From the NCBI GenBank assembly GCA_041492755.1, contig JBGPXN010000002.1, forward strand, positions 14,883-78,882: a stretch of 64,000 nt of DNA, read 5' to 3'. The stretch's first letter is position 1. The number at the start of each line of letters is the position of its first letter. Positions 54,501 to 61,400 of the stretch are shown piece after piece. The stretch is from Candidatus Methylomirabilia bacterium. Lineage in GTDB: Bacteria > Methylomirabilota > Methylomirabilia > Rokubacteriales > CSP1-6. The notes below the pieces were generated by a model, which had not been told where the DNA came from, ran no database searches, and saw nothing but the letters and a program-made list of their open reading frames with translations. The position numbers and the translations under genes were made by a program.

Positions 54501-55013
54501 GACGTGCCGGATCAGAGCGCAGGCTTCACGGCGGGCACGCTGCACGCGTTCAACCTGAATGGCGGAACGCCGGCTCAGAAATGGGCGGGCGGTATGGCCA
54601 TCCAGAGCCCGCTCGGTTACCCGAAGGGCCTGGTCTGGGAGGACTTCGGCGTGAACCCCGGGGGCGAGCGACGGCTGTACGTCGTGACCGACGACAATGC
54701 CCGGGACGGGATCCGCTGCATCCAGGACGATGGCGCGAGCGGCTCGCCGTGCTGGCATCGGCCGCATCCGGCGTCGGGCGGGCGATTCCGGAGCATGGTC
54801 ATCGGCGACGATGCTCTCTACGTGGGGAGCTCCGATGGCCGTCTCTACCAGATCGACTACGTGACGGGGAGCATCGTGACGTGCTACGCGGTCTCCGGCA
54901 GTCCCGACCTTGGCGACGCCAGCACCTCGGATGGTCAGCAGATCTTCCTCGGGAGCGCGGGCGGGCGCGTGTACCGTATCGAGCTTCCGCTCCCGGTGGT
55001 GAGCTGCCCATGA
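51600..55013 (+). CDS. Giant secreted protein: Thr/Ser-rich N-region, triple FTYTGTTATSFTG repeat, C-terminal PQQ/BamB-like beta-propeller
   Basis: Signal (GLLLGLVALGTSYLAAGSADA). There are three ~45-aa repeats at ~53010..53640. The C-terminal propeller blades include RLYVTTRNG, QVLYLADV, RLYVVTDD, ALYVGSSDGRLYQID and IFLGSAGGRVYRI. The stop overlaps the next start (ATGA 55010..55013). Confidence 0.75.
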   Translation: MNRNGALVTRPNLMNGVRGLLLGLVALGTSYLAAGSADAAVLKRVHTGVRNVPSATAVTVVLDLPDASKAFVVCYPRSSTTSSHQRVTCVLGDNLLTIDGGTNVGANVTVSFYVAEFDSGVFVRRGTSSFAAAGTTPTAAPSFSAVDCTSSFIVWGGEQTNASASNNNDEEFTFRAILGTVASPCTSGTTSTLSIDRLDGATAATVAWQIVTMDSAVVQRNVASLANNATTTTAAITSVDTTKSFAQITRTGGTAIAGVENLYLTRVTFSAANQLTFTRGAQTGAANTGVSIAWEVVSFFDGTTVTSGTTTGTGTHTQMSTALSGVSTGRAVPLYAQSTAVAGNNIWSAAAWSVQVVSNPSLQILFTRGASSNSVVSASWYVVSFNRCTNDPLCQVGANAGSGQVRLATTTYTDPGCPVFGCGYLVLRRTASITDAPVNGTQYAVGGTIGSSTVVYNAHQTSNTNANAANATSLTVGSTTGFPSSCNSNCRAYVFDATTLAVDEFTYTGTTATTFTGIPNSGALAMLAHPVGSIVRAYPGSQSSGNITMPQTTTSAALGLTSTTGAITVASTTITVASTTNFASSGTAFINKTDAFTYTGTTATSFTGVSGIDASYAAGAGINAFGTTITVASTANFPSAGTAYVSASDSFTYTGTTATSFTGVQGVSASYTSGVAITAEGFRETGLSNGTTYFYKVFPKTGSSTYVTTLTNAQSQVTAVPDAGQTTWSFATTSGSTMNFPVAGNTGIFVSANNTTITTLNPADGTQMAQANTEGAVQSYVTWGVDSGGAGESVTGADSVGMIYQLDASTGDPRWSTAFPNLQAGDYIQAGISAQVLDYSDATFQGQFSTDVLFVGTTGDGTNTTNHAVAAFRADTGALLWEFRPNPTGVGAPMGEVIGQPWVDYERNRLYVTTRNGVFGGQNGLWVLRTVQEGANAAGTLVTSFGTVGDSQIPPTASYNGQVLYLADVPDQSAGFTAGTLHAFNLNGGTPAQKWAGGMAIQSPLGYPKGLVWEDFGVNPGGERRLYVVTDDNARDGIRCIQDDGASGSPCWHRPHPASGGRFRSMVIGDDALYVGSSDGRLYQIDYVTGSIVTCYAVSGSPDLGDASTSDGQQIFLGSAGGRVYRIELPLPVVSCP

Positions 55014-55480
55014 CCAGACGCGCGCTGACCGGAGCACTGGCCGCCCTCGCCCTCCTCGTGGTCTCGGCGACGCCCCCCGCGCAGGCGAAGAACGGATGCC
55101 GAGGCGACCACGAGCGGATCGAGCACCATCGTGGGGACCCCCGCGCGCGGATCACGTTCATCGGGATGACGCGCGACGGCCACCCGCACCACGGCGACCA
55201 CTTCCATGGACGCTCGGTGGCGGTGGTGCGGATCATCGTCGACTGGCGCCGACTCGGCACGCCGGGCACGCAACGACTCGACGTCTTCACGCCCAACGGC
55301 GACCTGTACCGGAGCTTCACCGCCACCGCGACCGACGACGCCGTGGTGGAGACACGGCTGCCCGTCGCCGGGACCTGGATCACCCAGCACTCCATGTTCG
55401 GCGCGTGGTGCGCCGAGGTGTCGTTGGTGGGCGAAGAGGGGCCGGTCGCGCGGGACGGCTTCGTCCTGGCTCCACGCTGA
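55010..55480 (+). CDS. Small secreted His-rich hypothetical protein
   Basis: Signal MTRRALTGALAALALLVVSATPPAQA, then HERIEHHRGD...HPHHGDHFHG and a beta-rich domain. It is translationally coupled on both sides. Confidence 0.55.
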   Translation: MTRRALTGALAALALLVVSATPPAQAKNGCRGDHERIEHHRGDPRARITFIGMTRDGHPHHGDHFHGRSVAVVRIIVDWRRLGTPGTQRLDVFTPNGDLYRSFTATATDDAVVETRLPVAGTWITQHSMFGAWCAEVSLVGEEGPVARDGFVLAPR

Positions 55481-55929
55481 GTCTCCCCCCCGCGCTCGCC
55501 GCCGACCTCGCCGGTCACCTGCTGCGCCGCGGCGACACGGTGACGATCCGCGCGCGCGGCGCGAGCATGCTGCCGTTCCTGCGCGACGGTGATCTCGTGC
55601 GAATCGTTCCCCGACCGGTCGGCGCCGTCCTGACGGGTGACGTTGTGTGCTACGCTGCCGCGAATGCGTTGTTCCTCCACCGCGTCGTCGATCGACCGGG
55701 TCACTTCGTGGTCAAGGGCGATGCCGTGACGTTCGCGGACGTGGTCCCGGCCGCCGAGGTACTCGGGCTGGTGACGGCGGTGGAACGCCACGGCCGCGTC
55801 CGGCGGATGGACACGCGGGCCGCGCGCCTGCGAAACCGCGTGATCGCCTCGTTGTCTCCGCTGCTCTCCGCCGTCGTTCCTGCCGGTGTGGCCATCGTGC
55901 GGCGCCTCCTCCGGCGAGGCGGTGCATGA
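55477..55929 (+). CDS. S24/S26 (SipW-like signal peptidase) family peptidase
   Basis: GASMLPFLRDGDLVRI (catalytic Ser-Met), GDVVCY, LFLHRVV, VKGDA. The start is uncertain: there is no ATG/GTG upstream of the conserved N-region, so it is either CTG 55477 overlapping the previous TGA (CTGA) or GTG 55540. Confidence 0.6.
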   Translation: MSLPPALAADLAGHLLRRGDTVTIRARGASMLPFLRDGDLVRIVPRPVGAVLTGDVVCYAAANALFLHRVVDRPGHFVVKGDAVTFADVVPAAEVLGLVTAVERHGRVRRMDTRAARLRNRVIASLSPLLSAVVPAGVAIVRRLLRRGGA

Positions 55930-56723
55930 GCGGTTCGGCGCGCGAAGTGCGCATCGAGATCGGTGGTCTTCGCGCGGCTCTCGAAACCGAGGGCGGTGAG
56001 CTCACGGCGCTGGCCGAGCGACGGTACGCGGGGTTTCTCTCGCGGGCGCGTCCCGACTGGCGCTTCCGCGTCGGCCGGCGGGAGCACGGTCTGGTGCCGC
56101 TCGCCGACGTGGTCGTCCGTCAGCCCCACGGAACTGGGCGGATCGAGCTCGAACGGCACGACTTTCTCGCGACACTGGACGTCCGCCGTCGCGTCGGCGA
56201 CGTCGCTCTGGGCGAGATGGACGAGATCGCGCTGGACGCCTTCTTGCGGGTCGCCTACTCCATCGCGTTGCTCGATGCCGGTGCGCTGTTGCTGCACGCC
56301 TCGAGCGTGGCGCGGGATGGCCGCGGCTACGTCTTCCCGGGGCGCTCCGGCAGCGGCAAGACGACGGTAACGCGACTGTCGCCCGGCGCCACCCTGCTGA
56401 GCGACGAGCTGTCGATCGTCGGGCGCGAGGGTCGCTGTTACGGCACACCGTTCTGGGGTGAGCTCGCCAGGGCTGGGGAGAACCGCTCGGTCCCGGCCGC
56501 CGGGCTCTATCTTCTGCGCCAGGCGGATCACCATGCCGCCACGCCGCTTCGCGCGCCGCAGGCGCTGGCCGCGCTATTGCCGAACGTCGTCTTCTTCGCC
56601 CGCGACCCCGGGCTGGTCGCGCGAGTCTTCGACGTCGCGGCCGACGTGGTCGAGCGCGTGCCATGCTTCGACCTCGCGTTCCGGCGGGATCCGGGGTTCT
56701 GGGACGTCATCCAGCGTGACTGA
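55926..56723 (+). CDS. HPr-kinase-related protein (HprK-related kinase A/B type)
   Basis: ATGA overlap with the upstream stop. LLLHASSVARDGRGYVFPGRSGSGKTTV is the HprK-like P-loop block, and FWGEL follows downstream. Confidence 0.7.
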   Translation: MSGSAREVRIEIGGLRAALETEGGELTALAERRYAGFLSRARPDWRFRVGRREHGLVPLADVVVRQPHGTGRIELERHDFLATLDVRRRVGDVALGEMDEIALDAFLRVAYSIALLDAGALLLHASSVARDGRGYVFPGRSGSGKTTVTRLSPGATLLSDELSIVGREGRCYGTPFWGELARAGENRSVPAAGLYLLRQADHHAATPLRAPQALAALLPNVVFFARDPGLVARVFDVAADVVERVPCFDLAFRRDPGFWDVIQRD

Positions 56724-57006
56724 GCACTACCCGACGCAGAATCCCCGGGCGGCGTGGCGAGTCTACGAGGGCGAAGCCGTCATCGTGTCACCCGAGGACA
56801 GCCGGTTCCACACGCTGAATGCCGTCGGCACCTTGATCTGGGAAGCCGCCGACGGGCGCACACCGCTCGGGGCGATCGTGACTCGGATCTGCGCGGAGTA
56901 CGCCGTCGAACCGGACGCCGCCGTAAGCGACGCGAGCGCGTTCGTGTCCGCGCTCTGTGCCCGTGGGCTGATGGAGCTCCGCGAGACCCCGGCCGAGACG
57001 GGGTGA
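56716..57006 (+). CDS. PqqD-family protein (RiPP recognition element)
   Basis: GTG 56716 overlaps the kinase end by 8 nt. AVIVSPEDSRFHTLNAVGTLIWEAADGRTPLGAIVTRICAEYAVEPDAAVSDASAFVSALCARGLM is the canonical PqqD pattern. Confidence 0.8.
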   Translation: MTEHYPTQNPRAAWRVYEGEAVIVSPEDSRFHTLNAVGTLIWEAADGRTPLGAIVTRICAEYAVEPDAAVSDASAFVSALCARGLMELRETPAETG

Positions 57007-57016
57007 GGAGGTCGCG

Positions 57017-57175
57017 ATGGATGCCAATGGCGAACGTCGTGGCGAGGGCGATGGCCGGAAGCCCTACGAGCCACCCCAGATCGTGAGCGAGGACATCTTC
57101 GAGACGACCGCTCTGGCGTGCGGCAAGAAGCCGATGCAGGGCGGCAACTGCGCGGCCCGCGCGAAGGCCTCCTGA
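57017..57175 (+). CDS. Candidate RiPP precursor peptide (52 aa), not in the supplied ORF track
   Basis: GAGGAGGtcgcgATG. The translation is MDANGERRGEGDGRKPYEPPQIVSEDIFETTALACGKKPMQGGNCAARAKAS. It has a YxxPxI leader motif, two Cys and a C-terminal Ser, and its stop lies 1 nt before the radical SAM start. Confidence 0.6.
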   Translation: MDANGERRGEGDGRKPYEPPQIVSEDIFETTALACGKKPMQGGNCAARAKAS

Positions 57176-57176
57176 C

Positions 57177-58286
57177 GTGTCCGCTCTCGCCGAGCGCGTG
57201 GCCGACCTCAGCATGGCGCGACGGATCCCGCTGTCCGTCCACGTCGATCTCACCATGCGCTGCAACGAGACGTGCGTGCACTGCTACCGCGTCATCGAGC
57301 GCCGCGACGAGCTCACCACGGCCGAAGTCACCGCGCTGCTCCACGAGCTGGCCCGGGCGGGCACGCTCTATCTCACGTTCAGCGGGGGTGAGGTTTTTCT
57401 GCGGCGCGACCTGTTCGAGCTCATCGAGGTCGCCAAGCGGCTGCGCTTCGACCTTCGGCTCAAGACCAACGCGCTGCTCGTCACGCGGGAGCGGGCGGAG
57501 CGCCTCCGCGCGCTCGGCGTCCGGCAGGTGGACATCAGCATCTACAGCGCCGATCCGGCCGTGCACGATCAGGTCACCCGCGTCCCCGGCTCGCTCGCCC
57601 GGTCGCTGCAGGGCGTCCAGCATCTGACGGCGGCCGGGCTCCGAGTTCGCCTCAACTGTCCGTTGATGGCCCATACGGCGGCCACCTACCGGGACGTGCG
57701 CGCCCTGGCGGAACGGCTCGGCGTCACGTGCGGCTTCGATCCCATGATCACCGCCCGCAACGACGGCGATCGCCGGACGGTCGGCCTGCGCATCCGGCCC
57801 GCTGAGCTGCGTCGGGTGCTTCAGGACCCGGTGCTGAATCCGCCGGCACCCTCCGGGACGAAGCCGCCCGCCGCCGACCCAGCCCCGCCGGCCGGCGCGC
57901 GCGCCGACCTCGACGACATCGCGTGCGGCGCCGGCCACAACGCCTGTTACGTGAGTGCCTACGGAGACGTCATGCCCTGCGTGGCCATGCCGATCGCCTG
58001 CGGCAGCATTCGGGACGCGTCGTTCATGGAGATCTGGTCACGCTCGCCGAAGATGCAGGAGGTCCGAGCCGTCCGGATCCGTCACCTGCATACCTGCGCC
58101 ACCTGCGAGGTCGCCTCGTTCTGTTCACGCTGCCCCGGCCAGGCCCTGGTCGAGGACGGCGACCTCTACGGACCCTCGACGGCTGCCTGTGAACACGCCG
58201 CCGTCGCCGCGGGACTTGCTGGCATTGCCGCGGTCCCGGCCTCGTGGCGAGGGCGAGACGGTCTGCCCTCCCGCATCGCGCCGTAA
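57177..58286 (+). CDS. Radical SAM / SPASM-domain peptide-modifying enzyme
   Basis: GTG start. It has the CNETCVHC (CxxxCxxC) cluster motif, the FSGGEVFL SAM-binding block and the C-terminal SPASM cysteines (CGAGHNACYVSAYGDVMPC, CATCEVASFCSRCPG). Confidence 0.85.
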   Translation: MSALAERVADLSMARRIPLSVHVDLTMRCNETCVHCYRVIERRDELTTAEVTALLHELARAGTLYLTFSGGEVFLRRDLFELIEVAKRLRFDLRLKTNALLVTRERAERLRALGVRQVDISIYSADPAVHDQVTRVPGSLARSLQGVQHLTAAGLRVRLNCPLMAHTAATYRDVRALAERLGVTCGFDPMITARNDGDRRTVGLRIRPAELRRVLQDPVLNPPAPSGTKPPAADPAPPAGARADLDDIACGAGHNACYVSAYGDVMPCVAMPIACGSIRDASFMEIWSRSPKMQEVRAVRIRHLHTCATCEVASFCSRCPGQALVEDGDLYGPSTAACEHAAVAAGLAGIAAVPASWRGRDGLPSRIAP

Positions 58287-58459
58287 GCTCGTACAAAGCA
58301 AGCTGAAGTAGCTTCTTATCACCCCTAGTCCGGGTCTCGGGGTTTCTCCCGCCCAAAATACGGGCGGCGCCGGATCGACGCCACTTCAGAACTTTCCTAT
58401 CCTGTTCACACCCGCCGAAAAACTTTTCACATGGAAGTGCACATGCGCCCTTCTTCGAC

Positions 58460-61400
58460 ATGAAGCGAGCCTGGTTCCTGGCTCTCCTGCTGGCCTTGAC
58501 CAGCCCGGTGGCTCGCGCCGAAGAGGCCCAGGCGGACGATTGCGCCCGCCTGAGTGGGGTCGTGGTCGATTCTGGTCTGACCTCGGAGTGCCGGATCGCC
58601 ACCCAGGTCAACGCCAGCGGCGCCTATAACATCGCCACGGCGCTCCGCATCATGTCCACGGGGCAAATCGTGGTTCCCCCGGTGGCCACCGGGAACTCGC
58701 TGACACTGAACGTCGCCGGCGCTCTCACCTTCGAAGTCCCAACGCTGGCGGGCGCGGCGTCGATCGTGGGCGACACCGACGTATTTGGCCCGAACCCCGG
58801 CGGCATCGGCGCCAGCCTGACGATCACCGCTACGGGCGATGTCGTCCTGCGCGGCGACGGCTCCAAGGGCGCCATCGTGTCCGCCAACTCGGATCCTGCC
58901 GGCTGCACCGGGAACGGCAAGGCCGGAACCATCGTCATCGGCTCGACGCTTGGTCAGGTCACGGTGGAGAACGGCGGGAGCATCGAGGCCTCCGGGCAGT
59001 GCCCGGCAGGTGAAATCTCCATCGTCACCGACGAGGGCGACATCCGGATCGACGGAGTGGTGGAGGCCGCGAGCGGGACCTCGGGGAGCGGCGGCGTTAC
59101 CCGACCGCGCGGGGGCCCGATCACCATCTCGGCGGCCTGCAAGCTCACCATCGACAAGAACGGTCGTGTCAGCTCCAAGGGACTCAGTCCCGGTGCCGAC
59201 CTCGTCCACCTCGAGAGCGGCTGCGACACGGAAATCCTCGGCCGCGTCGAGTCCGTCGCGGGGGTCGTCCCGGACGGGATGCCGAACCGGTGTACCGCGC
59301 CGTTCCGGCCGGACAAGCCGACCAACGCCACCGCGTGCATCGAGGTCTGGGCGGGCGGAAAGCTCGTCGTCACGACGATCACGCCGAACAACGGATACGT
59401 CGTGGCGGAGACCGGCGCCGGAGTGAGCGCCGCGCTTCCCGGCATCTGCTGTACGTGGATCGACCTCTTCGCCAACGGCGACGTCACGATCCAGGGCCGG
59501 CCAACGAGTGTGCGCGGCCAGCCCTACGCGATCGCCGCCCGTCAGACCGCGGCGAACGCCAAGGGCGGGTCCATCGACGTGAAGTCCGTGAAGGGCAAGG
59601 TCACCACGAGCGGCCGAGCCCTGGTTGCCGACGCCATCACCGCGCCCGGTGGCACCGGCGGCAGCATCACGATCGAAGCGGGCGGACCGACGACGTATCC
59701 GCCGAACCTCGTGCACCCGGCCGACCCGGCATCGAACGTCGACCTGGGCGACACGTCGGTGCGTGCGGTGGGGGGCGCTCAGATCACGCCGCCCGGCCGC
59801 GGCAGCATCGCGGTCCGGTCCTTCAACGGTCAGATCACGGGGGGTGGCCTGACCAATGGTGCGCCCGACATCAACAAGGGGCATCTCGATGCCTCCGGCG
59901 GCGGTACGGCCGTGGTCATCGACGTCCGCCTCTGCGAAGGCGATCTCTACATCGGCCCCATTCTCCCGGGGGCGACGCGGAGCTCGCTGGCCTGCGGCGG
60001 CAATCCGACGCCACCCTCGTTCGTGGACGTCCCGGTGTTCGTGCCGCGACCGACCGTCACGATCTCGAGTCCGGCCGGCTGCCAGAACTTCGTGTGCGTC
60101 TTCAACGCGGCACCTCGCCCTGCCACGGCGCTCGCGACCGGCACCCAGGGCGAGCCGCTCTCGCCGGTGAACGTCACGTACGCCTTCAACGGCAACCCCG
60201 TGACGGTACCACTCGCCGTCGGCGACTACGTCGTGACCGCGACGTTCCCGGGCAACGCGAATTACCGGTCGGCTTCGGCCACCGCGATCGTCACGGTCAT
60301 CGGCGGTAACCTGCCGGTCCCGACGCTCAGCGTGACGGGGGGGACGTTCACCTATGACCGCGCGCCGCATTCGGCGACGGTCACCCTGTTGGGCAATGGC
60401 TTGCCGCTCGCCGGAGCCATCGTCACCTACAACGGCTCGCCGGCCCCGCCGGTGAACGCCGGGATGTACGCGGTCGTCGCCTCGTACGCCGGCAGCTCGC
60501 TCTTCCTGCCCGCCGGACCGGTCCAGACGACGATCACGATCAACCAGGCGACGCCCGTGGTGAGCGTGTCGTCGTTCTCCGCCCTCTACGACGGCAACCC
60601 GCATCCGGCCAGCGGCTTGGTCACGGGCGTCGGCGGCGAGAGCCTCGGCGCCCCGACGTTCACCTACAGCGGATCGCCGAGCGCGCCGCGCTTCGCGATC
60701 GGCAGCTACACCGTCGTCGGAACCTACGCCGGCAGCACCAACTACTCGGGCGCGACCGGCACGGGCACGATTACGCTGACGCCGGCGACGCCGCTGGTGA
60801 CCGTGAGCCACCTGACGTTCCTGTACGACGGCCAGCCCCATCCCGCCACGGGCAGCGTCATCGGTGTGAACGGCGAAGTGCTGAGCGGCCTGGCGTTCAC
60901 GTACGACAACTCCCCGGCGGCGCCCACCACGCGGGGCTTCTACCCGGTCACCGGCGCGTTCACGGGCGGCGGCAACTACGGGCCCGCGACCGGCGTCGGG
61001 TCGGTGACCATCGTTGGCCTGCCGGTGACCGTCACGGTGACGGGCGCCAGCGTCACGTACGACGGGCAGCCGCATCCGTCCACGGCCACGGTGACGGACG
61101 CCAGCAACGTCGTCATCGCCATCGTTCCCCTCGTCTACAACGACCTGGACGCCGGCGGCTCCGTGCCGATCCCCGTCGACGCCGGGACGTACGACGTCGT
61201 GGCCTCCTATCCGGGCGACGACGTCAACGCGCCCGCGGAGGGCTCGGCCCAGACCGTGATCGCGCCGTTCACCACGCAGATGACCCTCACCGGCGGCTCG
61301 TTCACCTACGATGGCCAGGCGCATCCCACCGTGGTGACCGTGACCGGCGTCGGCGGCCAGCCGCTGAGCCCGGTGGACGTGACGTACAACGGCGTGCCGG

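Noticed and set aside
58432-58446. Sigma54-like TGGAAGTGCACATGC (GG-N10-GC spacing) upstream of the 58460 gene.
   Set aside because: The GC element lies only 13 nt before the ATG, leaving no room for a leader or RBS. The -24 and -12 flanks match the consensus poorly. Other near-matches (51504 GGCACGAACTTTCAC, 25595 TGGCATTCGAGTCGA) lack the TTGC element.
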